Source of the DNA: Octopus vulgaris
Lineage: Eukaryota
Length of the DNA stretch: 64,000 nucleotides
Reading direction: 5' to 3'
NCBI GenBank assembly: GCA_951406725.2
Contig: OX597843.1
Span: 7,130,001-7,194,000, forward strand
In this document: one piece after another, positions 12,919 to 27,053 of the stretch
Position numbering within the stretch: position 1 is the first letter of the stretch
Layout of the letters: each line of letters begins with the position of its first letter
The notes under the pieces: generated by a model
Seen by the model: only the letters and a program-made list of their open reading frames with translations
Told to the model about the DNA's origin: nothing
The model's database searches: none
Translations under genes and position numbers: made by a program

Positions 12919-13372
12919 AATTCCTCTATTTACATAATATCAAGGTCTCTTTCTTTCTTTTGTTGTCTTACCATTTTTATCAATATATATATATATATAT
13001 ATATGTATAAAGGAAAAAGAAGAAAATGGAGATTGTGAAGTTATTAAGAGTTAATTATCAACAACAAATTGAACAGTATTCCTTACAGCTGTTTCAATTA
13101 TATACCATCCCTTCACAAGGCTAACATAAACTCTCACTGATTTATACACACACACACACACACACATATATATATCATCATGATTTTCATTGTTTAATAT
13201 CCACTTTCCATGCTGGCATCGTTTGGACAGTTTGACTGAGGACTGGCAATCCAATGGACGGTTTTACATGCCACCGGCACGGGAGTGGGGTGCATTCAGG
13301 CAGTACTGGCATCGACCATGCTTGACTGGTGCTTTTTATGCGCCACTGGCACAGGTGCCATATATATTTATA

Positions 13373-13436
<64 letters not shown>

Positions 13437-13920
13437 TAGATAGATAGATAGATAGATATATAGATATATAGATAGATAGACAGACAGACAGACAATATAT
13501 GTGTATATTTATATACAGATAGACAGATAGAAACACATACACACATACGCTGGAGTATCCCAGCATGGCCACAGCCTTAGAGCTGAAACATAAAAGAATA
13601 CATACATTCATACTCACAGACATACACACATACATACATACATACATACATACATACATACATACATACATACATACATACATACATACACACACACATG
13701 CATGCATACTTACATGCATGCATACATACATACACACACATGTATACATACACACACATACATACATAGATACACACACATACACACACGCAATACATAC
13801 ACATATATACATACATGCATACATACATATGCGCATGGAAATATAAACACATTAGTAACTATATACATAAATACATAGCCATATATGATATACATGTATG
13901 TATGTATGTTCATGTATGTC

Positions 13921-13984
<64 letters not shown>

Positions 13985-14362
13985 CATATATAGTGAAAGA
14001 GATATATACCAAAAGGTATTTTCGTTAAAGATGTTGCCTGCAGCTTTTGTTTACAAAGACATAGCTTGCAGGTGTTGGCAGCATATACACCCTCTATAGA
14101 TTCATACAGTGTGTAGATATTGATTTCATGGAGATTTACAAAGTATAGAAGTTAATTAGATATATAGACACAGCTTATAGATATGGAGTGAATAGACTCA
14201 GTGTGTAGAAGTTGATTCGGTATATAGGTATGGCATGTGTATGTTTACTGACTAGCTAGACGAGTGTGTAGATGTTGGATGGATAGGTGGACACAGTGTG
14301 CGGATGGTGAATGGATAGTGTGTACATGGTCAATGGGTTGATGGATGACACAGTGTGTACAT

Positions 14363-14583
14363 GGTGAGCTGGCAGAAACGTTAGCACACCGGGTGAAATG
14401 CTTAGCAGTATTTCGTCTGCCGCTACGTTCTGAGTTCAAATTCCACCGAGGTCGACTTTGCTTTCCGTCCTTTCGGGGTCAATTAAATAAGTATGAGTTA
14501 TGCACTGGGGTTCATATAATCGACTTAGTTTATCTTTGTCTGTCCCCTCTGTGTGTAGCCCCTTGTGGACAGTAAAGAAATAA
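14363..14583 (+). mobile_element. tRNA-derived SINE family 2
   Basis: GAGCTGGCAGAAACGTTAGC...GAGTTCAAATTCC...GTCGACTTTGC-TTTC-TCCTTTCGGGGTC. Other copies are at 22110-22320, 26645-26785 and 37362-37748 (all -). Confidence 0.85.
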
Positions 14584-14589
14584 CAACAG

Positions 14590-15010
14590 TGTTAAAATGG
14601 TGACCTTTGAGCTGCATTTTCATCTTGGGGAAAATATGAAAGTCTGCTGGTGCTAAATCTGGGGGAATATGGTCAGTACAGAAGTGGTACCCTGTTGTTT
14701 TTGGTGAGAAATTCACGAGTGAGGAGAAATTGGTGACAGGGTGCATTGTCATGAAGAATCCAATTCTTCACACTCCACTGACCCGGTCACTTTCACTGAA
14801 TGTCCTCCCTGAAATGCTCCAGAACATCTTGATTAATGGTCTGGCTCTGGCGGATGAATCCTCAATGCACAATACCATATTTCCGGGGGTGGGGGTGGCA
14901 TGACGCTCATGGTAAGTCTTCTAGATCGCTCATTGTCTTTGAGAGACTTCCTTCCACTTTTGAAGTGCCCATGTGTACGATCCATTGCCTCATTCTCATA
15001 ACCGAGAGGA
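14590..15010 (-). mobile_element. Mariner transposase remnant
   Basis: Minus-strand ILHDNAP, PPDLAPADFHIFPKMKMQLKG, and N-terminal FKSGRKSLKDNERSRR. Confidence 0.8.
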
Positions 15011-15489
15011 TGATAGTACGAACGACGGCCTGGTATGAAGATCATTTTGACCTCTCAGTCAAAGGAGGGGTTGAAGTGATCATAATACTGAATAAAGACT
15101 AATGCTATATCCATCGTCTACTTCATTCATCGATTATTCTCTCAACTTATACTGTGGATTGCTGAAGTAGATCCAGCAGAAATATACTCCAACCATGGAT
15201 GACACCAGGTAGCCTAATCATCTAATCATCACAGGCGATAGGAATGCCCGCAGAGGACCAAGTAACACCACTTACGTCCACATACTGGGATGGTTTGCGA
15301 TTGGCAACCAATGCGCCAATGGTGAAAGACTTGTCAATTCCGCTGCTGCAGATCATCTTACTGTTTCCAGCCTGCACTTTCAACATTCATGGCGCCATCT
15401 TCTTACCTGGAACTCCAATGACGGTTGCACAGCAGACCAGATTGAAAGAACAAATACTGCATTGGTGTCGACATATTGTAGAATTTATA

Positions 15490-15640
15490 TGTGTGGTAAG
15501 TAGCTTGTTTACCAACCACATGGTTCCGGGTTCATTCACACTGCGTGGCATCTTGGGCAAGTGTCTTCGGCTATAACCCCGTGCCGACCAATGTCTTGTG
15601 TGTGGATTTGGTAGACGGAAACTGAAAGAAGCCTGTCGTA

Positions 15641-15719
<79 letters not shown>

Positions 15720-15880
15720 TTGTGTGTCTGTGTTTGTCCCCCTAGCATTGCTTGACAACCGATGCTGGTGTGTTTATGTCCCCGTTACTTCGTGGTTCAG
15801 CAAAAGAGACCGATAGAATAAGTACTAGGCTTACAAAAGAATAAGTCCCGGGGTCGAGTTGCTCGATTAAAGGTGGTGCT
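15490..15880 (+). mobile_element. SINE family 1
   Basis: Head, internal microsatellite and body match the other copies. Confidence 0.9.
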
Positions 15881-15895
15881 TGTAAAAGATATAAA

Positions 15896-15957
<62 letters not shown>

Positions 15958-16350
15958 CTTTCTATCTCTCATTGTCTGTCTGTCTAACCTTATGGCTAAG
16001 ATCAAGGTCTAATAACTACTCTTTAAAGTTTATATATAAATAGGAGTGGCTGTGTGGTAAGTAGCTTGCTTACCAACCACATGGTTCCGTGTTCAGTCCT
16101 ACTGTATGGCACCTTGGGCAAGTGTCTTCTACTATAGTCTCGGGCCGACCAAAGCCTTGTGAATGGATTTGGTAGACGGAAACTGAAAGAAGCCTGCTGT
16201 ATGTATATGTATGTATATATATATATATATTGTTATATTTCGGAATGGTCATTTTGCCAGTTTAGCCAATAAAAACCCACGCACTATATATTTGGTGTTA
16301 CTTTGCTTCAGCGTTATTTATTTTTTACATTAATCTTAATCTTATTTCGG

Positions 16351-16390
16351 CCAGAGTTCTTTCATCACACTCCTGTGACCCCATCAGTGG
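16351..16390 (-). ncRNA. Minimal hammerhead motif (A9G variant), left-arm copy
   Basis: Minus strand CCA-CTGATGG-G-GTCACA-GGAG-TGTGAT-GAAA-GAAC-TC-TGG. Confidence 0.6.
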
Positions 16391-16782
16391 TCCTTTGCTT
16401 TCTTCTTTCTTATTTGTGTGTCCCTCCTTACTAACTGTCAGCCATTTTGTAGTTTGTATTTCTATTGTACGTGTCTTCATTTGTGCGTGCGTGTACCTCT
16501 ATGTGTGTCTATGTTTAGTTAGTGTGTGTGGGGGAGGGGGGAATGCCTGTAAACACATGAACAAAATAAAAATAAACAAAAACAAAAACAAATTACACAA
16601 ACATATATAAACAGGAGATACAAATATTGCAGGCATTCCCCCCTCCCCCACTAACTAAACATAGACACACATAGAGGTACACGCATGCACAAATGAAGAC
16701 ACGTACAATAGAAATACAAACTACAAAATGGCTGACAGTTAGTAAGGAGGGACACACAAATAAGAAAGAAGAAAGCAAAGGA

Positions 16783-16822
16783 CCACTGATGGGGTCACAG
16801 GAGTGTGACGAAAGGACTCTGG
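16783..16822 (+). ncRNA. Minimal hammerhead motif (A9G variant), right-arm copy
   Basis: Stem I CCA/TGG; CTGATGG-G; 6-bp stem II GTCACA-GGAG-TGTGAC; GAAA-GGAC-TC; predicted cut after C16819. Confidence 0.65.
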
Positions 16823-17534
16823 CCGAAATAAGATTAAGATTAATGTAAAAAATGCCCCCCAGCATGGCCACAGCTCAAGAGCTGAAACTGGAAAACATAA
16901 ACATAAACACTGAAGCAAAGTAACACCAAATATATATTGTGTGTTTGACCATTCCTAAATACAACAATATCTGTTTGAACAAACGATTTCACATAAAAAA
17001 TCTTGCAAAACAGATATATATATATGTATGTATGTGTGTATATGTGTTTGTGTGTCTGTGTTTGTCCCCCCAACATTGTTTGATAACCGATGCTGGTGTG
17101 TTTAGCAGTTCGGCAAAAAAATCCGATAGAATAAGTACCAGGCTTACAAAGAATAAGTCTTGGGGTCGATTTGCTCGACTAAAGGCAGTGCTGCATCATG
17201 GCCACAGTCAGATGACTGAAACAAGTAAAAGGGTAAAAGAGAGTAAAGAGTAATACACACACACACACACACACACTTTTTCTCTCTGTTCTCACTGACT
17301 GCCCCCCCCCCCCCAACACAATATTATTCTCTAAACATGTTCTGTTACCCATCAACGTGTTGCTAGACTTTCTGCAGCTCCGCCTGATTATCAAAGAATC
17401 TGTCAGGATTCCTTGCTACTCTCTATGATCTAAGTTCAAATCCTACTTAGGTCAGTTGCGTCTTTTATCCCTCAGGGGGATGAAATAACGAGGCTGTTCT
17501 CCCCCTGCAAAACAATTTCCGATCATTGAAAGTA

Positions 17535-17840
17535 ATCATCATCAACACCACTGTTATCGCCAATGTCGATGTCGTCATCATCATCAACATCACCACCATC
17601 GTTGCCGTCATCATCTTCATCTCCATCATCACCATCATCATCACTATCATCATCATCATCTTCATCAATATTATCATCATCATCATCATCATCATCATAA
17701 TCATCATCATCATCACCATCATCATCACTATCATCATCATCATCTTCATCAACATCACCACCATCGTTGCCATCATCATCTTCATCATCATCATCACCAT
17801 CATCATCACTTTCATCATCATCATCATCATCCTTACCATC
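17535..17840. repeat. Degenerate (ATC)n tract with an internal ~165-bp duplication
   Basis: CATCAACATCACCACCATCGTTGCC occurs at ~17580 and ~17747. Confidence 0.85.
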
Positions 17841-17887
17841 ACCGTTTTAGTCTATTATAATTGCTGTCAATCTTATTGAGAAGTATA

Positions 17888-17923
<36 letters not shown>

Positions 17924-18273
17924 TATATAGATAGATAGATATGTATATGTATTATTACAAACAAAAATAAAAGAAAGCTGCACCCGCCTCCTCTTTACCA
18001 CCTCCCTCTACTCCCCCCAATTCCGCTGCACACCTCCACCACCAGCAGGCCAACCACCGCCTTACCACACCACACACACCTCCGCCATTTTGCTTGCTTA
18101 CTTCGTATCCCTCTCCCCCTTCCTCCTTCCCTTGCCTCCATCACTATCTCCATCCTCCTCCTGCTTCTCCCAACCCACCCCAGGTGCCCCTCCTCCTTCC
18201 CCCCTCACCAATCAACTACGAAAAGCGACAAAACACGTGCAGCTGTACATGTCACACACGTACACATATGCGT

Positions 18274-18308
<35 letters not shown>

Positions 18309-18352
18309 CACATACACACATATTCTTATACATACTTATCAATACAGAAATA

Positions 18353-18410
<58 letters not shown>

Positions 18411-18512
18411 TATATACACATACATATATACACATACATATATATATATTTGGAATTGTAATAAATATATTCCAGTACATAACTATATACACATACACAC
18501 ACACACATATAT

Positions 18513-18562
<50 letters not shown>

Positions 18563-19060
18563 ATATATATATATATACATATTTATCTAGATACATATAT
18601 ATCTATATATGCATATTGATTCATCTCACTCTCACTCTTTCTCTCAGGTTTTATATGTATACATACATATTTATATATCTATGTACACACACACACACAG
18701 ACACATACACATATACACACACGCATACACTGTGAAACATGCGACCATGCACTCACATAAGTAAATAACATACATATCTGTATGTATATATATATACATA
18801 TAACGGGAAGGTTTACGAAAATAAACAAAAGACGAAGGCAATATAATATATACATACATAAATACATATATATATATATATATACATCCATTTATGTATA
18901 CATATATATATATACTTATATATATATATACTTATATATATATACTTATAAATATATGCATTTATGTATACATATATATATACTTATATATATATGCATT
19001 TATCTATACATATATATATATACTTATATATATATATGCATTTATGTATACATTTATACT

Positions 19061-19101
<41 letters not shown>

Positions 19102-19446
19102 CTATGTATATATTGATAATAATATGACAACAATAGAATGAATGAGATACACATACGCAAACACACACACACATATTTAGGCGTTACTCCCAGGCATACG
19201 CACACACGCACACTGGAATTCATTCATACAGGGCGAGACACAACCACCTGGCACTTCTGTGACACTTTCAGCAGAGCCAGGATCAAATCTTTCATACACC
19301 TCTCAACCCACCGGTCCCCCCCCAACATCCGAACCCATCCCCACATATCTCTACATCCAACCCACATCCCCATCAATGGCATATTTTCAAAACTATATAT
19401 TACTATATTTGATGAAGAAAGCTAAACCTTCTATACATACATACAT

Positions 19447-19480
<34 letters not shown>

Positions 19481-19608
19481 ACCTTGATTACCTCTCTGGC
19501 TAATAAGCAACATGCATATAATACTGGTATGTATATATGTGAGGGTGTAGACATATATATATGCATGTGTGTGTGTGTGTATAATACAAATACATCAATA
19601 AATAAACA

Positions 19609-19665
<57 letters not shown>

Positions 19666-20329
19666 CATATATATAGGTTTATATGTAATATATATATTAT
19701 GTATATGTTTACATGTATGCATATACATACATATATATATATAAATACATATAAAAATGTATGTATATATGTTTGTTAGTATATATGTGTGTGTGTGTGT
19801 ATTTGCTTATAAACACATTTATAACAACCACCTTTCATGTGTTTATATATAAATACATGCCAACTAAAAATCATGGATATATATATATATATATTTATAT
19901 ATATACCCACACACACACTCACACACAAATATATACATATATGCAATTATGTGAGTGTTAGCTTGTATACATATAATAAAATATAATCACATATAAAGAC
20001 AATTAGCTTATTATATGTGTGTGTGTGTATGTATGTACAGGTATGTATATAAACACATTTGAAACATTTATTAACTCCAATAAATGTGTGTGTATCTGCG
20101 TGTGAGTGTGTATGTGTGTATATATGTATGTGTGTGTATGTGTATGTATTTATATATATATACATGTATATATATATGTATTTATATATGTATATATATG
20201 TATGTATATTTGTATATGTATGTATATCTATTTTGGTATATGCATATACATATATGTACATGTGTGTATATGTGTATGTATATACATACATATATGTGTG
20301 TCTGTGTCTTGATGTATGTATGCATATAA

Positions 20330-20393
<64 letters not shown>

Positions 20394-20540
20394 GCATGTA
20401 GAGTTCAAACAAAGAAATGAATACATTTATCATTATTTATTTATTTTATTATTTTTGTGTGTGTATGAAATATGTACACACACTTGGTCATATATATATA
20501 TATGTATATACCAATTTCTTTGCTTGAGTTTGTATGTGTA

Positions 20541-20608
<68 letters not shown>

Positions 20609-21011
20609 TCTCTCTCTCCCTCTCTCTCCGCGTATGTACATACATGAATAAACATTTACACACAGAAACACATACACACACATATACATGTATGTATGTA
20701 TGTATATATATATATATATAAAAATATATATGTTTATAGATAAATATATCTATATAAAATACATGTAAATATATACATATGCAGACATATATGGTCATGA
20801 ATATTTCCATATATACATATATATATTTATATATATGATATATATATATATATATATACATACACATATATAAGCAAATATATATACACATGTGTGTATA
20901 CAAGTTCAGGTACATACATATACATACATGCATATACACACATATCTATATATATATGTATATATGTAAATATTTTATATATATATGTGTGCGTGTGTGT
21001 GTATATATATG

Positions 21012-21076
<65 letters not shown>

Positions 21077-21434
21077 GTATGTATATATATATATATACAC
21101 ATATATATATACATAACTCACATTATTACTTTTCAATGCCATAATCAGTTTTCGCATCTTGCAGCTGCGAATGTTTTGCAATAAATGCGCACACAGACAC
21201 ACAGACAGACAAAAAGTCACACTCATAGACACATACGCACACACACACACGCATCACACTCTCACGCACACACAAACACAAATATATATGTACATACACA
21301 CAAATAAAAATATATATGTATGTATACACACACACACACACACGCATGCATATATACACACACAATCAGCCATACAGGTGTGCTTGTATCTCTGTCTTAT
21401 CGTGTCGGCTTATTTGCAAAATTATTCCTCGCAA

Positions 21435-21929
21435 ATCACCACCACCACTATCGCCACCACCGCCACAATCGTCGTCGTCATTGTCGTTATCATCATCACC
21501 ATCATCATCATCATAACAATTATCATCATCACCAGCAGCAGCAGAAACATTATCGTCATAAGCGTCACTGCCACCATCATCGTCAACGTGCTTATCATCA
21601 TCATCATCATCGTCATCATCAGCTTCCTCATCATAATCGCCATCATCACCATCATTAACACCACCACCACCACAATCACTACCGTCATCATCATCATCAT
21701 CATCATCATCATCTTCTTCCTCCTCCTCATCATAACCACCATCATCATCATAATCATCACCATCAGCATCATTAACACCACTACCATCACAACCGTCATC
21801 ATCATCATCAATAGCATTATCGTCATAAATGTCACCACCATTCCATTATTGTCATCGCCACCATCACCGTCATCATCATCATCATCATCATCATCAACTT
21901 CCTCATCATCATCATCATTACCACCGTCG

Positions 21930-21974
<45 letters not shown>

Positions 21975-22030
21975 CCATCATCATCATAATCGTCCCCACC
22001 ACCACCACCACCGTCGCCACTGCCACAACC
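21435..22030. repeat. Degenerate (ATC/ACC)n trinucleotide tract
   Basis: Direct reading; it produces the poly-I, poly-H and poly-S ORFs. Confidence 0.9.
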
Positions 22031-22109
22031 ATCGCGTGCTATCAAAAACATAGGATGGTCGTTGATAGCAAACATGCAGATTAAAAGTAAATAATAATAA
22101 TAATATTAA

Positions 22110-22320
22110 TAATTTCTTTATTACCCACAAGGGGCTAAACACAGAGGGGACAAACAAGGACAGATATCGACCTCAGTGCGTAACTAGTACTTAATTTATC
22201 GACCCCGAAAGGATAAAAGCAAAGTCGACCTCGGCAGAATTTGAACTCATAACGTAACGGCAGACGAAATACGGTACGCATTTCGCCCGGCGTGCTAACC
22301 ACTCTGCCAGCTCGCCGCCT
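22110..22320 (-). mobile_element. SINE family 2
   Basis: Reverse complement of the 14363-14583 family; lies within (AAT)n. Confidence 0.85.
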
Positions 22321-22639
22321 TTAATAATAATAATAATAATAATAATAATGATAATAATAATGATAATAATAATAATAATAATAAATCGGTGAGCAGTCAC
22401 AATCGCTACAGCATCACAAAAATGAGATATTTTTTCAGCTCTGTACGTTCTGGGTTCAAATCCCGACAACTTCAACAATGCATTTTAATTCTTTTTTTAC
22501 TGGGGGTTGGGGGGTAATTGACTAACCTATTACCCTCAAAATTTGGTGGCGAGAAGGAGGAAAGAGAAGAGTAAGATGTGGTGATGATGAGGATGAGGAT
22601 AAAAACGACCCAAATGCTTTATGTGTATATAAAAGCGTC

Positions 22640-22988
22640 GCTGTGTGGTAAGAAGCTTGTTTCCCAACCACATGGTTCCGGGTTCAGTCCCACTGCCCAA
22701 GCAAGTGTCTTCTACTATATCCTTGGGCCAACCAAAGATCTGAGAATGGATTTGGTAAACAGAAACCGAAAGAGGCCCGTCGTGAATGTGTGTGTGTATC
22801 ATCACCACTTGACAACCGGTGTCGGTCTGTTTGCATCTTCGTAACTGAGTGGTTCGGCAAAAGGAACCGATAGAATGGGTATCAAGCTTTAAAAAAAAAT
22901 GAATAATTACTAGGTTTCGTTTTTTCTCAAGGCGGTGCTCCAGCATGGCTGCAGTCTAATGACTGAAACAAGTAAAAGATAAAAATAT

Positions 22989-23040
<52 letters not shown>

Positions 23041-23292
23041 ACACACACACACTCACACACACACACACTCACTCACTCTTTGTTTCAATCATTTGACTGC
23101 GGCCATGCTGGAGTGCCGCCTTTTGCCGAGCAAATCGACCCCAGTACTTATTCTTTGTAAGCCTAGTACTTATTCTATTGGCTTCCTTGCCGAACCGCTA
23201 AGTTAAGGGGACGTAAACACACCAGCATCGGTTGTCAAGCGATGTTGGGGGGGGGGACAAACACAGACACACAAACATACACACACACACAT

Positions 23293-23330
<38 letters not shown>
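22640..23330. mobile_element. Two tail-to-tail SINE family 1 copies (22640-22985 +; 23078-23330 -, 3' half)
   Basis: Both carry the GGCGG(T/C)(G/A)CTCCAGCATGGC tail in opposite orientations around a (CA)n tract. Confidence 0.8.
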
Positions 23331-23331
<1 letters not shown>

Positions 23332-23332
<1 letters not shown>

Positions 23333-23568
23333 CTTTCTTCAACCTTTTCCTTCCGGTCTTTCAAAATGTGACCTCGTGTGTACCGTTGGCGATTTTTTTT
23401 CCTCTGTCTTCCCTTCTCTGGATCTTTCCTTCTCCTATGTTTCCGACGAAGAGCTCCGCTCGAAACGTTAAACCCTCCTTCTTTCCTTCTTTCCTGAGCG
23501 TCCAATAATACTATACTTGTTCCACGTCCTCGCGTTGTTGTGTTTTTTTTGTGCTTTCTTGTTTGGAT

Positions 23569-23572
<4 letters not shown>
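23332..23572 (+). mobile_element. Penelope-like pseudo-LTR fragment, copy 1
   Basis: Almost identical to 42912-43136, contains a hammerhead, and ends GGATTAAC|TATATA. Confidence 0.75.
23439..23473 (+). ncRNA. Minimal type I hammerhead ribozyme (U4C variant)
   Basis: Stem I GTTT/AAAC; CCGACGA-A; stem II GAGC-TCC-GCTC; GAAA-CG-TT with palindromic ACGT in place of stem III; predicted cut after 23469. Confidence 0.75.
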
Positions 23573-23617
<45 letters not shown>

Positions 23618-23869
23618 CTGTGATGGTAAAATCAACAAAGATCTAGTAAGAGAGAAATATTATTTAATAGACACAAAATATGTTTTATACCTCAAACATA
23701 TTCATTATGCACAAACCACATATCATAACGAACTATGAATAGATTTGAGGTATTTCTCAACGTATGAAACTATTAGTAGCTCATAAAAAGCATGTATTGT
23801 GTCTTTTAAATTATATATACAAAGAACATTGGGATCTATTCCATCTCGATGACATTTTTTCATTGATTT

Positions 23870-24290
23870 TCTGTTTTTAACTAAACAGTTTGAAACTTCG
23901 AATACTTGTATAATTTCTCGCGTAGAGCACGGTTTCTGGCTAACTTGAAGTGTTTTTTTTTTTACCAGTTCTCGACTGGCTTTATGTGGATCTTTCTCAA
24001 TGACGGTCTTTAATTGACCGTCATCGATGACAGATGGGTTTCCACAACTCTCACGATCTTCAAGGCTCAGATCTCCACTGTGAAATCGTGTAAACTATTC
24101 TCGAGCTGACCACTCACTGGTCATTTCCTCACCAAATGTTTCGTTGATATCGCGAGCAGTTTCAGCTGCTTTACATCATTTTTTGAAGTTGAATAGCAAA
24201 ATTGCTCAAATGTCGCACTTTGACAGTTCCCTTTCAGATGATTGTAACAACGGTGAAAAAAATATTAATGTTAATTTTTCGATGCATTTG
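23870..24290 (-). mobile_element. Mariner transposase N-terminal remnant plus subterminal sequence
   Basis: Minus strand ELSKCDI*AILLFNFKK*CKAAETARDINETFGEE...RFHSGDLSLED. Segment 23871-23909 is similar to the reverse complement of 141-180. Confidence 0.75.
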
Positions 24291-24595
24291 AGCAATTCTA
24301 TGTCTGTATTATCAGACAATTGCAAAAAAAAGAAAAATGTTTAAAAAACATTCAAAACTCTGCAAAAATCTGATGCATATTCTTCATGGTTCAAAACGTT
24401 GCTTACTGTTTACTCAGCCTGATATATAAGTGAGTGCGTATGTGTGTGTGTGTGTGTATGTGTGTGTGTATTTGTATGTGAAGGGGTAAGCGTGTATGTG
24501 GAGTACTCTGCCACTTGCACGTTAATCTCGCGAGCAAGATGTTCCATTGATCGGATGAACTGGAAACCTCGTCGTCGTAACCGACGGAAGGCCAG

Positions 24596-24645
<50 letters not shown>

Positions 24646-24664
24646 CACACACACACATGCATAT

Positions 24665-25043
24665 ACTCTTTTACTTGTTTCAGTCATTTGACTGCGGCCA
24701 TGCTGGAGCACCGCCTTTAATCGAGCAACTCAACCCTGGGACTTATTCTTTTGTAAGCCCAGTACTTATTCTATCGGTCTCTTTTGCCAAACCGCTAAGT
24801 TACGGGGACATAAACACACCAGCATCGGTTGTCAAGCAATGCTAGGGGGACAAATACACACACACACACATATATATATATACGACAGGCTTCTTTCAGT
24901 TTCCGTCTACCAAATCCACTTACAAGTCATTGGTCGGCCCGGGGCTATAGTCGAAGACACTTGTCCAAGGTGCCGCGCAGTGGGACTGAACCCGGAACCA
25001 TGTGGCTGGTAAACAAGCTACTTACCACACAGCCACTCCTGCA
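24665..25043 (-). mobile_element. SINE family 1, full length
   Basis: Head, body and tail are all present. Confidence 0.9.
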
Positions 25044-25239
25044 CCTATGTGTGTGAGCATTATAGATATGCAGAAATTTGTATGGCTATATATCTATGTG
25101 TACGCACACACAAACACACATATAGTGAAATATATATGTACACACACACACGCGCACAAATGAGTGTGTGTATGCGTCTGACTACCTACCAGTGTATGCA
25201 CATACATATTATAAATATATGTACGACTGTATCTGTGCA

Positions 25240-25284
<45 letters not shown>

Positions 25285-25560
25285 CCGACATACATATGTA
25301 TCCTGTACATACATACACACACATATATAAAAAAAATATATAATATATATATATATATATATATGTATGTATCCATATATATGTATGTGTGTATGTATGT
25401 ATGCATGCATACACACACGTATATATCATCATCGGCAATGCAGGTGTTCCCTACCTCTGCTGCTGCTGCTGTTGCTAATATTTTCCTTAATTGTGATTGC
25501 GGTATTTATCATCATAATCATCGTCATGGTAATCAAGAGCGTGTATGTACGTGCCTTTAC

Positions 25561-25621
<61 letters not shown>

Positions 25622-25709
25622 TATGGCATGTACGTTTATATGTATATATATATATGTATATATATATATGTATATATGTATATATATGTATGTATAAATA
25701 TATATGTAT

Positions 25710-25762
<53 letters not shown>

Positions 25763-26014
25763 CACATACACCTGTGAATATATTGCAAATAAACAAATTA
25801 TAAATATTCATGTTTTGTTTGTGTTGTTATTTTTGTCGTTTTTCTTTATCTAATAATAATAAGAAAGATGATGATGATAATGATGACGACAACAACAATA
25901 TTAATAATCATAATTGTTGTTGTTGTTGTTGTTGTTATTCTCATTATGTTTAATTGATGTCATTCTAACTTTTATCTGATACCAACAACAACAACAGCAA
26001 CAATAATGATGAAG

Positions 26015-26063
<49 letters not shown>

Positions 26064-26178
26064 AGAAAAGGAAAAGAAGAAAGAGAAGTTCGGATAATTG
26101 TATTTAGATCATCGTCATCGTCATTTTATTCAGCACAATCATCATCATCATCATCATTATCATCACCATTATCATCAC

Positions 26179-26217
<39 letters not shown>

Positions 26218-27053
26218 AGTTTAGTATCTTCGCCGTCATCATCTTCGTTGAATCCTTATCATTACAACCACCATCACTATCTTCCTCATGATCTTAAAAT
26301 GCCATCTGTATCAACTATCGTCAACACCACCACCATCATCATCATCCTCACCACCACCACGGCCATCATCGCTACACCGACCACGTCCACAATCATTACC
26401 ACTGCCACCACCACCATCACCATCATAAACTCTGTCATCATCATCATCATAACAGCCTCACCTAACCATCACCACTGTCGCTACAAGCATCACCTCTGCC
26501 AAACGCTTTCAAAGCAGTGCCCCAGGGTGGCCGTTGTCCAATGACTGAAACCAGCCAATGATGAAAGATAAGAAGAAAGCGATTTTAAAAACCAACGAAC
26601 GCACTTCCATGTCGGCTGCTGCTTCGCGAATATTTCTTTTAAACTTTTCTATTCCATGTACAAGGCCCGAAATTTTTGGGGAGGGGGTTAAGTCGATTAG
26701 ATCGGCCCTGGCGCGGAACTGGTATTTAATTTATCGACCCCGAAAGGGTGAAAGGCAAAGTCGACCACGGTGGAATTTGAACTCATAGTAGAAAGCACTT
26801 GCCCTAAGTACAAAGCTGTCGGACTGAACCCAGAACCATGTGACTGGAAACGAAGCTTCTTACCACACAGCAACGGCTGGCGCCTGTGTGAGAAAGGATT
26901 ATGAACAATGCAGAACAATAACAATATCAGTGTCTTATTCATATATTCTTTTCAAATCTAGGCACAAGGCCCGAAATTTTGGGGGAGGGAGCCAGTCGAT
27001 TAGATCGATCTCAGTACACAACTGGTACTAAATTTATCGACTCGGAAAGGATG

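Larger units (their letters stand above)
16228..16969. repeat. Large inverted repeat (arms ~16228-16550 / 16630-16969), Penelope-like insert
   Basis: Near-identical reverse-complement arms (mirrored ORFs 16395+ and 16593-). Each arm carries a hammerhead motif. The right arm is interrupted by a LINE tail at ~16854-16905. Confidence 0.9.
16042..17250 (+). mobile_element. SINE family 1 split by an insertion in its internal (TA)n (5' half 16042-16228, 3' half 17013-17250)
   Basis: The halves are colinear with intact copies (e.g. 53490-53893) and meet at the internal microsatellite. Confidence 0.85.

Noticed and set aside
21159-22075. Poly-His, poly-Ile, poly-Ser and poly-Asp ORFs (also 17465-17879, 26098-26544, 53001-54393)
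   Set aside because: Degenerate (ATC)n tracts open in several frames on both strands, and one is interrupted by a SINE.
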